From the NCBI GenBank assembly GCA_000708835.1, contig DF237177.1, positions 72,563 to 136,562 on the forward strand: DNA of 64,000 nucleotides, in the 5' to 3' direction. The first letter of the stretch is position 1. Every line of letters starts with the position of its first letter. This DNA comes from Klebsormidium nitens. Taxonomy: Eukaryota > Plantae > Klebsormidiophyceae. Below, piece after piece: positions 13,612-25,565 of this stretch. The position numbers were made by a program, and so were the translations under genes. Below the pieces are notes generated by a model, which worked only from the letters and a program-made list of their open reading frames with translations, was not told where the DNA came from and searched no databases.

Positions 13612-16600
13612 ATGGAGTCTCAGGCTAGTCTCCAGCATTTCAGCAATGAGTTGAGCAATATAGATCCGGACACTGTACAGAGCATTGCGTCAGGTGCGGT
13701 TAGGGTTGACATTGTGAGTTGCCAGGAGGGCGTCGCTGTCAAGTGCTTCACATGCGCTCACCGCATTTGGGTCAAGAGCAAAAAGTCCTCCAGCCTCATG
13801 ACGCTTGCATGGCGCAAGAGCGACCGCGGCACGCTGATGGGCTACCTGGTCAGTGCTGATGTTCCGAGGGCCAAGCAGTGCAAGCAGGTTNNNNNNNNNN
13901 NNNNNNNNNNNNNNNNNNNNNNNNNNNNNNNNNNNNNNNNNNNNNNNNNNNNNNNNNNNNNNNNNNNNNNNNNNNNNNNNNNNNNNNNNNNNNNNNNNNN
14001 NNNNNNNNNNNNNNNNNNNNNNNNNNNNNNNNNNNNNNNNNNNNNNNNNNNNNNNNNNNNNNNNNNNNNNNNNNNNNNNNNNNNNNNNNNNNNNNNNNNN
14101 NNNNNNNNNNNNNNNNNNNNNNNNNNNNNNNNNNNNNNNNNNNNNNNNNNNNNNNNNNNNNNNNNNNNNNNNNNNNNNNNNNNNNNNNNNNNNNNNNNNN
14201 NNNNNNNNNNNNNNNNNNNNNNNNNNNNNNNNNNNNNNNNNNNNNNNNNNNNNNNNNNNNNNNNNNNNNNNNNNNNNNNNNNNNNNNNNNNNNNNNNNNN
14301 NNNNNNNNNNNNNNNNNNNNNNNNNNNNNNNNNNNNNNNNNNNNNNNNNNNNNNNNNNNNNNNNNNNNNNNNNNNNNNNNNNNNNNNNNNNNNNNNNNNN
14401 NNNNNNNNNNNNNNNNNNNNNNNNNNNNNNNNNNNNNNNNNNNNNNNNNNNNNNNNNNNNNNNNNNNNNNNNNNNNNNNNNNNNNNNNNNNNNNNNNNNN
14501 NNNNNNNNNNNNNNNNNNNNNNNNNNNNNNNNNNNNNNNNNNNNNNNNNNNNTGTTAAAGTTGCTCTACGACAATTCTCAATTGTGCGGCCACAAGATAT
14601 CTCAATTGTTTGAATCAAGAAACACTGACTCAATGGGCTCCATACTTGTCACACTGCCTCACAATGGCAGGGAGGTTCTTTTAGAAGACCTACTCCCGCC
14701 TTGTGTTCAAGGAGGCAGCGATGGGCATCAAGGAGCAGGCGGTGCGCTACCTCGAAATGATGGCGGCTCCCGAGGGGTCGGTTCGCGTTTTCCTGCCGAC
14801 AGGGTCGGCGTCCCCTCCGCTTAGTCTGTACATGTCGGCATGGGATCACAACGGAAACGGCCGGCCAAAGAAACTGGGAAAGCCGGACAAGACGCATGCT
14901 TTGCCGGAGACAGTCTGGTGGGACACGCGCGGCAAGCTCTGCTGTACGTGCGACCGGGGCCGACTGACGGAGGGACGCGCCGTGCGTGCACAAGCTGGCT
15001 TTGGCGGCCATCAGCGAAAGCTGGGCCTCAACAGCGGAGCTGCCCACCCACGAGTTGCTTGGCAAAGGGGCGAGGGTAGAGCGGGTTGGAGCAGACGCGA
15101 CGGGGAGCTATTTTGCGGTAGCGGACAACGTTCAGGGGCCGCCGGGCCCTCGAAGGCGCATGGTATTCCGCAGCAGCAAGGGGGTGTGGTACTGCAAAGG
15201 GAAGCGCGACGGGTGCCCATCTCTTGTCGATTGCTCGAGTGCGGCAAAGACGGCTCTGAGAAATGAGGGGGACCTTCCGATCGCCGACCAAGTGGTCATG
15301 AGCCTTTCGGAGCCGATATCCAGGGCTGCGCTGGGCTGGCTCAAAGCGTGGAGCCGAGAGTTGCCGACAATCGGACGGGGGGTGGTGCCCAGCGTGGGGG
15401 CACCCTCGCCCCCAACTCTGGTCAATGAAGAGCAATACCTCATCGAGCTGCTAGAGCAGCGGCCCCACGAGCGGGCAGCGTGCGCCGGCGACACGTGCTT
15501 TTGTCGTCAGCATGATCGACTCTTTGAAGAGGCCGCTGCACACATCTCGGACGGCGATCAGGGCCCGGAGAAGGAGCCGGTTGCGGGAGAGGCACCCCCT
15601 CGCAAACGGGCAAGGCGGAACAAGGCTTTCTGGGAGGCGCACAAGCAAAGCCCGCATCCGGCAACGAGACGAGGGTGGGACGCGCGGCCACCAGCAGAAG
15701 CGAGGGGGAAGGAGGCAATCCGGGGTTGGGTTGACGCGTGCACGAGCTGCTCGTTGGCTGCAATAGCGGTCGCGGGAGGCCGATGCAAGCACGGACTGAG
15801 AGGCCTCGAGGGTTCGCGCCCCCGTCATGCTTTTGAGCACGGAGGCGGTCCAGGTCTCAAAGCCCAAGCTAGCTCGCCCAAGCGATGCGCATGCTGTTCA
15901 TGACCCCCTAGTAACCTCGCTCAGAAGCCCCGTCCCCGTGAGCGAGCTTTGCAAGTGCCACTTTCGAGAGCTTTCAGAGAAAGGGCTGCTTAGCGCGCTC
16001 TGCCCATTGGACTCTCCCGCATGCGGCGGCTCGTGGGTCGAGATGTGGGTCCAGGCAGACGTGACGGCCTCCCAGTGGAGCCAGCAAGTGCGGGTGCGGT
16101 TATTCCATTGCCAGTGCCTCGACGAGGCGCACACGATCCACTTTGACGGGGAGCACCTGGGGTTGTACGCGTGGAACCGGCGGACCCTCTTTGTGCAACA
16201 GAGCCTACAGCTGCTCCTGCGGGGGATGCAGCACGGGCACAGCTTCAAGGCAGAGCTTGCGACCCATCAAACGGCCTTCCATTGGTTGCCGGACGCTGTT
16301 GTTTTGAGCGAGGAGACGTGGCGAAGGGCGAGCCTCGACTTCTTCAAGCTGGTTGGGCTGGGGCTCCGGGATTGCTGCTCGTTGTGCGGTCCCCATCCAA
16401 AGGTAAGCTACATGACTTACTCATGCAAAACACAAGAGGACACGAGAATCTTCTGTCTATTGTGTTTCTCCTGTCTATCATTTTGTGACCGTGAGAAACA
16501 TGCCTTTAGTGTACATTCTTCCATAATTAGTGTACATTTGCTGATATTCTGTGTACATCCAGTGACATTCCGTGTACATCGAACGATGTCCAGTGCAATG

Positions 16601-18772
16601 AATTTCAATCCCCTGATTTAATGGTCGATTGGCATAACCTTGGCTCGACATACCCGTTGACCTACCGTCACAAGTTGGGCTCTTTTGCCAGGTGCTCATT
16701 TGCGACGGCATTGTCGGCCTCGCCAGCGCGGATGGCGCGCAAAAGCCAGGCGGGCTTGGGAGCTCCTCGCTTGACGCGCGGCGCACATTCTGCCACCCTA
16801 GCCGTTTCTCCACGGGGGCGCTCCTCGAGAAGCGGCCCATCTCCGGCCGCGACTATTGCGGGTCCGGTCTTCAGGGGGGCGGGTTGAAGCGCAAGCTCTT
16901 GCTGCTACCTGAGTTGCGAGAAGCGCTCGCGCGCCTGTCCCAACATCGGCCCAAGGACGAGAGGCTTGGGAGGAGGCTGTCAAAGGTGGAGTATGAAGCG
17001 CTCTTGAACGGGCTCGGCTCACGAGGACCCCCAGATCGTGAAGCGTTTCGGGCCGGATGAGGCGGGGGGGCCGCTTCCAGAGGACGGCAGACGGCGCATG
17101 CTCGCCAAGCAGCGCACGATGGTACGAGACCAAAATCTGGCCGTCTTTGAGTTGCTGACGGGGATCCAGGCCGACTTTGAGAGGCGAGGCTTGAGCTCAG
17201 ACCTGTGGCAGCGCTGGGTGGGCGAGTGGACGGAGCTTCTGTACTCTCTCGGCGCGCACGACAGCGACGAGGCTCTCATCGGACCTGGCGCATTGCATGT
17301 AATCCGGCGGCTTTGCCTTGGGGGCGAGGCAACTCGCGAGGACCGACGGGACTTGGCAAAGGACGCACCAATCCTGCGACGCATCCTAGATTCGTGCGGA
17401 GGGCTCACATTCCCGGCCTTCTTCATGCGTGTGCTCTACCACCTCTACCTGCTCGTACTCTTGGCTCAGGGGGGGACGGGATTCGAGAGCGAAGGGCGGC
17501 GGGGCTGGGTGCACGAGGCAATCGATTCATTCAAGCGAGCGGTTGACCTTCTTACGGAAGCTCGAGCGCGTCCCTTGAGCATCGATGAAAGGCGACACTT
17601 GGACGAGGCGCGAGGGCTGGCGAACGAGCTGCTCCCAGGGGTCGAAAGGTTGGTGCCAAGCCTTCAACAGTGGGAGAGAATGAGCGGTCATGAGCGCTCG
17701 CTCTGAAGAGAGAGGCTGGGGCGCGACGAGGAGGGACACGAGTTGCACCCGTTGCCGGCGGGGCACGCTTTTCGAGCCGAGCAGGACGTCTTGGCGTGCT
17801 ATCCATTCCCTGGTTGGGAGGAGAAGCGGGGGTTGCCGTGGTACAGCAGCTTCGAGCATCCGGACGGCCGCAGTAAGAGTTCGGAAGAGAACAAGTGCGC
17901 AACGGGGAAGTTGATGACCGAGTGGGATGCTGAGAACGTTCCTGGGCTGGTGAAGGGAGCCGGAAAGCCCTCGGGATTGAAAAAGGGAAGCAAGAGCAAG
18001 CGGCCAAAGAGGACTAGGGGGGGTTACGTTTTTGCGTGCCCGCATCGGGTCATCTACGGCTTTCACATCATGCTTCGAGGAGAGAGTCCAAGGGACGCCT
18101 TTGTCGTGCTCTACACTCGGCTAAGGCGGGAGGACTTGCCAGAGGTTCTGGTGCATGACAACAGTTGCGCCTTGCGCAACTACTGCTTCCGCAGGGAACC
18201 GGCGCATTTTGCCAAGGTTCGGTTTGTCGTCGACAGGTGCGTCACTTTCACGCCATAATTGCGTGGTTGGACAATCTGTATGAAGACTTGGTTGTAGTGG
18301 GCGTTGTTGCCAAGCATTGAGTAGGGATTGCAGTGTGCATCAACTGGGATTGCGTGTACATTGAGATTCATTTTGCAATTGGGCCGGTGCTGAGAGCTTT
18401 GATTCTCGATTCAAAACGTGTACATTGGGTATTATTCTAAAAATGTGAACTGATGTACATCTTCATGTTGACAGGTTCCACTTTTCAAAGGCCGGGTCGG
18501 AGGTACACAAGTGCGGCCCCTCAAATTGCCCGGACAGCTATCCGTCGCTCCACTGGGTAAACACCAGTGCAGTGGAGTCGGTGAACTCCTTTTTGAAGGG
18601 GTTCAGGAGTCTAGGATGGTACTCGGGGCTCGAGAGTTTCATGGTGATCCTGCCTCTGCTCTTGGGAGGCTACAATAGCGCTTTGAGGCGGGTCGACGAT
18701 GCCAAGCTTAGCATTGCAATTGCGGTAGCCGTGTGGACGGTGGGGGTGCGCGCTCAATTGTTGCAAGGATAA
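13612..18772 (+). pseudogene. Kyakuja-Dileera-Zisupton (KDZ) family transposase with N-terminal Cys motifs and SWIM-like fingers, disrupted
   Basis: SWIM-like CTCD..CVHK and WYC..C..C motifs. The core reads ACPHRVIYGFHIMLRGESPRD, VHDNSC, VDR|FH..HKC, NTSAVESVNSFL. Introns at 16403-16691 and 18237-18474. Apparent frameshifts near 14980, 15830 and 17030, an in-frame TGA at 17704, and an N gap at 13891-14551. Confidence 0.85.
16509..16581 (+). repeat. 21-bp-period intronic minisatellite with a GTGTACAT core
   Basis: GTGTACAT starts at 16509, 16530, 16551 and 16572. Confidence 0.7.
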
Positions 18773-18989
18773 TCGGGCGCTTTAGTGTAAGTTGAGCCCT
18801 ATTCAGTGGCGGTACACACATTGATACATCATTTCGAGTAGTGTATCACGCTCCTAAACGCTGAAAGGCTGGCTCTTGAAAGATGCCAGATCATCTGCAA
18901 CGCTTACGACGGCCGGATTAAGGCACGATGCGTTGCCCTTGCGCATAAAGCATATCGCAAAAGAAGCCTGAAAAGAAGCCTGATACAAT

Positions 18990-19107
18990 TGATACGCCTG
19001 ATACGCATATTCACAGCAAGTGGTCCTGTATGTAATGCTTCTCTTTTTTGTTCTTCTTTGAAAAACTTTTGTATACTTTATGTGTGTATCTTGTATCAGG
19101 CGTATCA
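18990..19107. repeat. Inverted repeat with TGATACGCCTGATAC arms around an AT-rich spacer, 3' of the D5 gene
   Basis: Arm 18990-19004 is the exact reverse complement of 19093-19107. An extra TGATAC unit lies at 18981. Confidence 0.85.
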
Positions 19108-19298
19108 GCTCCACCCGGCGCACATTGCAGACATCATTCGCTTCCCTGCATCATTGAGAGAATGATAAATACTTCACCGCCCAGAATTCCGCTCATTTGG
19201 CATTTCAAAAGAACAGTTGGCAACAAATTCCGAGATTCCAAGATTGATACACATCCGTTCAAAACAACCAAATTGTTGTATCCGCTGTATCAGTCTGC

Positions 19299-20077
19299 CT
19301 ATGGGAGGTTCCCTTGCGCATCCGTCCGCCCTAGCTCCTCCTTGGTCTTCAAACGAATCCCAAAGAAACCTCTAAGCCGCTTCTTACCGTCGATCGTTCG
19401 AATCAAGATGGCTTTTCCCCGCTCTTGTGGGAATCCTTTCAATCGCATCGCTCTTGTCAAACCGTCCCCCGCCAATGCCACATCATGCCCACTTGAGTAC
19501 AGAAAGTTTGTGAAGGCCTCGACAAACTCGATCCTGGTGACGCTTGCCGCCTCTCCCTCGGCCGTTTCCTTAGTAGTGCAAGCCTCGTCTATGAAAAATT
19601 GAAGCTTGTCGTTCTCTGAAGCGTACTCCCTTACAGCCGCGGAGAACTCCTCGGGGACTGGCGAGAGAACCTTTGAGGCGGGAGCTAGTGCCCTCTTTGC
19701 GTAGTACATGATCGCCCCCTGAACGCAAAAGTCTAGAGTGTCCGCTGCTCCTTCATCCGATTCGAAATATGGCTTCAGGGTTACATCGATGGGCCTGTGC
19801 ATCTTGTTCGTTGCATCGAGCTCGTGGGGATTCTTGAACGTGTAGTTGAACATGAGCAACACAAGCCGTCGAATGAGAGCGGTGTCATCGCTTGGAAAGT
19901 CCGGCCTGTAGTTCGTGAACAAACAAAGCTTGTATTGTGGCACGTAACTCTGCGGTTTGCAGAACAGCTCACGCGCATCAAGCTCGCCACCACCGCTGGC
20001 CTCTTTCACAAAAGATGCGTGAAGCACCTCTCTTCCTTCCGATTCGTCATTCGTGACAAACGTCTTTGTTCGAATCT
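19299..20077 (-). pseudogene. D5-like SF3 helicase, C-terminal part, cut by an N gap
   Basis: Motifs FVTNDESEG (Walker B), IKEASGG-like VKEASGGGEL, KLCLFTNYRP, TALIRRLVLLMF, and a C-terminal wHTH-like region ending RGFFGIRLK. Confidence 0.85.
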
Positions 20078-20269
20078 NNNNNNNNNNNNNNNNNNNNACC
20101 ATGCCGCTAGGGAGCCAAAACTATGAGTGCCGGAATTGGCCCTACCTGATCCTGCGAACGCCCAGATGCCGGATCATATGCAACGCTTACGACGGCCGGA
20201 TTACGGCACGATGCGTTGCCCCTTGCGCATGAAGCATATTGCAAAAAGCGAAACGAATCTTGATACAAT

Positions 20270-20385
20270 TGATACGCCTGATACGCATATTCACAGCAAG
20301 TGGTCATGTATGTAATGCTTCTTTCTTTTTCTTCTTTGAAAAACTTTTGTATACTTTATGTATGTATCTTGTATCAGGCGTATCA
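20270..20385. repeat. Second copy of the TGATACGCCTGATAC inverted repeat
   Basis: Arms at 20270-20284 and 20371-20385. The region 20164-21360 is a near-identical paralogue of 18881-20077. Confidence 0.85.
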
Positions 20386-20576
20386 GCTCCACCCGACGCA
20401 CATTGCAGACATCATTTGCTTCTCTGCATCATTGAGAGAATGATAAATACTTCGCCGCCCAGAATTTGGCTCATTTGGCATTCCAAAAGAACAGTTGGCA
20501 ACAAATTCCGAGATTCCAAGACTGATACACACCCGTTCAAAACAACCAAATTGTTGTATCCGCTGTATCAGTCTGC

Positions 20577-21868
20577 CTATGGGAGGTTCCCTTGCGCATC
20601 CGTCCGCCCTAGCCCCTCCTCGGTCTTCAAACGAATCCCAAAGAAACCTCTAAGCCGCTTCTTACTGTCGATCGTTCGAATCAAGATGGCTTTTCCCCGC
20701 TCTTGTGGGAACCCCTTCAATCGCTTCGCTCTTGTCAAACCGTCCCCCGCCAATGCCACATCATGCCCACTTGAGTACAGAAAGTTTGTGAAGGCCTCGA
20801 CAAACTCGATTCTGGTGACGCTTGCCGCCTCTCCCTCGGCCGTTTCCTTAATAGTGCAAGCCTCGTCTATGAAAACTTGAAGCTTGTCGTTCCGACTCCG
20901 AAGCGTACTCCCTTACAGCCGCGCTAAACTCCTCGGGGACTGGCGAGAGAACCTTTGAGGCGGGAGCTAGTGCCCTCTTCGCGTAGTACATGATCGCCCC
21001 CTGAACGCAAAAGTCTAAAGTGTCCGCTGCTCCTTCATCCGATTCGAAATATGGCTTCAAGGTTACATCGATGGGCCTGTGCATCTTGTTTGTTGCATCG
21101 AGCTCGTGGGGATTCTTGAACGTGTAGTTGAACATGAGCAACACAAGCCTTCGAATGAGAGCGGTGTCATTGCTTGGAAAGTCCGGCATGTAGTTCGTGA
21201 ACAAACAAAGCTTGTATTGTGGCACGTAACGAGTCTGCGGTTTGCAGAACAACATCACGCGCATCAAGCTCGCCACCACCGCTGGCCTCTTTCACAAAAG
21301 ATGCGTGAAGCACCTCTCTTCCTTCCGATTCGTCATTCGTGACAAATCTCTTTGTTCGAATCTGCATGAGATGGCTTGAGGCCGCAGAGGCATTAGCCTT
21401 GAACGTGGGTTTGATGAAGATGGCCTTGTTCCCCGCACAATTGTAACGTCCAAAGGCCTTTCGGAGTGCTTGCTTCAACACTCCTTTTCCATTCGAGCCG
21501 CTATGACCATTCATGATGACAAACAACTCTTCCAACGTCTCTCCAATAAGACAATAGCCAAGGAACATCTGGAGCCACTCGATTGTCTCCAGTGGAAGAA
21601 CATCCATCAGGAATGTTCGGAATCTGGCAGTGGGGCGTGTGGAAGCACCCGGCACGTATCTAGTTGTCTGATTGATGCACAAGTTCTGAGGATGATGGGG
21701 GAGCAAAGCACCGGTTCGAAGATCGATCAACCCGTTTGGAGCATTTGCAACTGTGGGATCTTGATCAAATCGGTCGAGCAGACCATTTACGTGCAGCTCT
21801 CTAACTGCAGAGTGCAAGCACTTACGTACGTCAGCAACATCTTGGACGTTGATCCTTCCAAAACTTGG
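20577..21868 (-). pseudogene. D5-like SF3 helicase, C-terminal half of a second copy, frameshifted and interrupted at 21868
   Basis: Motifs ANAPNGLIDLRTG (D5_N), GHSGSNGKG (Walker A variant) and VTNDESE. The frame changes near 21245 and 20890. Confidence 0.85.
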
Positions 21869-23467
21869 TGTAACGGCACGACTGCGCACCGACTTCTGGC
21901 TGCGCGCCAAACTCGCGGCCGCGCATCGTCCGTTATTATACGCTATCGACTTATTTGATGTATCGAATCACTACACGACACGTGTCTGGGTTACTGTTCC
22001 ACCGCGTGACCGTCCGATAAGACCCACGTGCACCGCGTGCGAAGGGAACCGTCCGATAGGCTTTCGAGACTAAGTGTGACGGTTGGACAGGGTCACACGC
22101 TGCCTGTCTACTTCACATGTGCGGAAACCATGCGAAGCTTCTCAGCACGCCTTGGGATCACCTCGTGCAAGAGCGCCTCTCAGAAAATTGCGTCTTCTTG
22201 NNNNNNNNNNNNNNNNNNNNGAACAGCTCGCGAGCCTCAAGCTCACCGCCACCACTGGCCTCTTTTAGAAAAGACGCGTGAAGAACCTCTCTTCCTTCCG
22301 ATTCGTCATTTGTGACAAACCTCTTCGTTCGAATCTGCATGAGATGGCTTGAGGCTGCAGAGGCATTGGCCTTGAACGTGGGTTTGATGAAGATGGCCTT
22401 GTTCCCCGCGCAATTGTAACGTCCGAAGGCCTTTCGGAGTGCTTGCTTTAATACACCCTTTCCATTCGAGCCACTGTTGCCGTTCATGATGACAAATAGC
22501 TCTTCCAGCGTCTCTCCGGTAAGACAATAGCCAAGAAACATCTGGAGCCACTCGATTGACTCCGGTGGAAGAACATCCATCAGGAATGTTCTAAATCTGG
22601 CAGTGGGGCGAGTGGAAGCACCCGGTACGTATCTAGTTGTCTGATTGATGCACAAGTTTTGAGGATGATGGGGGAGCAGAGCACCGGTTCGAAGATCGAT
22701 CAACCCGTTTGGAGCATTTGCAACCGTGGGATCTTGATCAAATCGGTCGAGCAGACCATTCACGTGCAGCTCTCTAACTGCAGAGTGCAAGCACTTGCGT
22801 ACGTCAGCAACATCTTGGACGTTTATCCTTCCAAAACTTGGCATGATATTGTCAAGCTCCTTTGCGCACGTCTCCATGGCCATTTTGATCTTCCTCATCT
22901 GCTTTGGATTGACTAGATTGGAATCGAGAGGCTTAGGGACACCGTCAACCACAAACCCCTCCAACTCGGGACGGCTGGCGTACAAAGTGCCTAAACACCT
23001 CTCTCTCTGCCTGTCATACCATGCCAAGAGACAACCCATCTGACATGTAAAGAGGCTCGAAACCAGGTTCGAGGTGTCTTGTACCCACGATGTCCCGTCC
23101 CAGACAAAAAAGAGCTGATCTCGACTCCTTTCTGCTTCGTTCGTGGTCACGAGAACTCGACCCTCGATCATGTAATGATATGCAAAGAGGCGTCCGAGAT
23201 TGGCATATGCCTGGGGGGCCGCGTGCTCTTTGACAATCTGGAGAAGCAAGTCCTGAGTCTCTTGACTCCCTCTCGTGTATCGCGTAATTNNNNNNNNNNN
23301 NNNNNNNNNNNNNNNNNNNNNNNNNNNNNNNNNNNNNNNNNNNNNNNNNNNNNNNNNNNNNNNNNNNNNNNNNNNNNNNNNNNNNNNNNNNNNNNNNNNN
23401 NNNNNNNNNNNNNNNNNNNNNNNNNNNNNNNNNNNNNNNNNNNNNNNNNNTGTTCAGCGCCGCTTCA
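21869..23467 (+). mobile_element. Termini of an LTR retrotransposon-like insertion in the D5 gene; the interior is lost or collapsed in gaps
   Basis: Foreign sequence begins TGTAAC at 21869 and ends GCTTCA at 23467. It is flanked by a 5-bp duplication CTTGG (21864-21868 and 23468-23472) that occurs once in the uninterrupted copy near 22837. Confidence 0.7.
22221..23289 (-). pseudogene. Uninterrupted middle segment of another D5 primase-helicase copy or allele, placed between N gaps
   Basis: A 363-aa ORF overlaps in sequence with both the upstream and downstream D5 pieces and shows scattered substitutions. Confidence 0.75.
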
Positions 23468-25081
23468 CTTGGCATGATCTTGTCAAGCTCCTTTGCGCAC
23501 GTCTCCATGGCCATCCTGATCTTCCTCATCTGCTTGGGATTGACTAGATTGGGATCGAGAGGCTTAGGGACACCGTCAACCACAAACCCCTCTAACTCGG
23601 AACGGCTGGCGTACAAAGTGCCCAAACACCTCTCTCTCTGCCTGTCAAACCATGCCAAGAGACAACCCATCTGACATGTAAAGACGCTCGAAACCAGGTT
23701 CGAGGTGTCCTGTACCCACGATGTCCCGTCCCAGACAAAAAAGAGCTGATCTCGACTCCTTTCTGCTTCGTTCGTGGTCACCAGAATTCGCCCTTCGATC
23801 AAATACATATATGCAAAGAGGCGCCCGAGATAGGCGTACGCTTGAGGAGCGGCGTGCTCAATCACAATCTTGAGCAGCAAATCCTGCACATCTCGCGTCC
23901 CCCTTGTGTACTGAGTGACAACTCGCATGTCGTCGTGAGGATCCACGGGATCTGCGGTAGCATCTTGCAAGGCGGCCTTCAAGTTCTCCAAGACCCCCAA
24001 CTTTTTGACGGGCTTGTGCGAGCACTCGTCTCCATGGCAGCGGTAGTATACATGCAGTTCCCTCTTGAGCAGATTGAAGTTGTTGCTCCCCGAGTGCATA
24101 TGGCCAAAGAAGCACCGTCGAGGCCCATGCGTCCGGTAGCAATAGTATGTCCCGTACAGGCCGTGTGGTAACGACCCTGCGTACGTGCTTGTTGAATCGC
24201 CGGCCTTCTCTGACAGCAATTTTGAGAGTTCTGCCATCAAGAGCTCCCTGCCGTGTGGCGGTTCCAAACTTGGGCTCGAGCGATCTTGCTTGAAGCTTGG
24301 ACTTTCCACACGTCCTGGCATGGTTGCATCAATTCTTGCTCCCGAAACCTCGCCACCCTCCTCCTCATCAATTGTTGCCGCACCGGTACTATGACCTGCA
24401 TGATTGTTGACCAATTCTGCGAGCCAAATGGGCATAACTTGGCACGCTTCATAGCTGGGAGGTCCATTTATCCACTCATAGTATGTTGCAAGCTTGCCAT
24501 GAGCATTCAAGTAGCTCGTTGGTGAAGCGAACACAACACCACCGATTCCTCTTCCATCAACGCCAAAAGTCTTGTCGTCGACCTTGAGACCTTGAAAATT
24601 TCGTCTCCACTTGAGACCTGGAGAGTCGAGCTTGAAGTACAAGTGCAACCCACCAGAGCCGGTCCTTGCGTTCAGTGTCTCCGGCTCTCCGTGGATCTCA
24701 ACAAGTTGCTGCCAGAGCTCTGTCCCTGGTCGCTTCCCCCCTTTTGCAGCCACATCAATGTCTAGCACATACACTCCACTGACTCCAGCAAGTATCGCAA
24801 GCCCGTTTGCATCCCGCTTCTCCTTCATTGCTTGATTGATGGACCGCTCCCACTGCCTCTGTATCTTTGATATGTGCATACTTGTCAGGGAAGTCAGCTT
24901 GCTTCGAGCCTCTATTCCGATCGCAAGAGACGGACACTGGGAGTGCGTATAAGCCGTTGTTACAGAGTCGTTGGATCTCGTTCCTGATGCTGACGGGTCC
25001 TAGGGCCTTGGGGTCTCTGGCTGTCTGAGCCTTCCCCTGGGATCGAAAGGCGTTTGCCCGTTCAACATCCGACGTAGCCAT
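23468..25081 (-). pseudogene. N-terminal Prim-Pol (bifunctional primase/polymerase, AEP) half of the D5 primase-helicase
   Basis: Motifs NGLAIL, VLDIDV (DxD), RTGSGGLHLYF and VDGRGIGGVVFASP, plus a Zn-like C..H.S.N..C..C region. Frameshift near 24880. Confidence 0.85.
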
Positions 25082-25189
25082 TCCTTTCTATACTCCAGTG
25101 AGGAAAGACTATGAGACGATTGAAACGCGCTCCCTTGACATCTGCGTTCTCGTACCCGGCTTTTTTTCGAAGCTTCATTGTAGGGCGTC

Positions 25190-25525
25190 ATGGTCCAAAG
25201 CACAAGTCCTTTAATCGACACCGACACTTATCCATGTCATTGCCGCGTTTGTGAGACGAGTCGTGCTTACCAGAAGGAGCACCATGTAGAGCACGCGCAG
25301 ACCGTTCGAAGATATTATGGGCGCAATCGTGAGAACATCCTCGCACAAAAAGCCTACAAGCGCTTGCTTAATGGGACCACAAGAAAGCTCCACAAGGCCA
25401 CAATTCAGCGCTTGATAGACGCCGGGTATGATGTGTCGCGGACGGCCGTCCCCTTGGACACGGAAGGCGAGTCCAAAGCCCCCACCGTGTTTTTGAGTGC
25501 GTTCACAAGCATCGAAGTCTCCTGA
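25190..25525 (+). CDS. Conserved small hypothetical protein with a CxCxxC motif, homologue of 61427-61756
   Basis: CHCRVC..YYGRNRENILAQKAY..LIDAGYDV aligns with CPCVTC..YYIRNRHDILLTKAF..LLAAGYPV. Confidence 0.75.
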   Translation: MVQSTSPLIDTDTYPCHCRVCETSRAYQKEHHVEHAQTVRRYYGRNRENILAQKAYKRLLNGTTRKLHKATIQRLIDAGYDVSRTAVPLDTEGESKAPTVFLSAFTSIEVS

Positions 25526-25565
25526 ATGAGGGGTAAGTGGCAAGGTGGTCAAAGAGCCTGAGCGT

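Noticed and set aside
13603-14824. Long ORFs running through N gaps (also 47010-47750, 51100-52021 and 52239-53866)
   Set aside because: These are artefacts of translating Ns; only the flanking real sequence was used.
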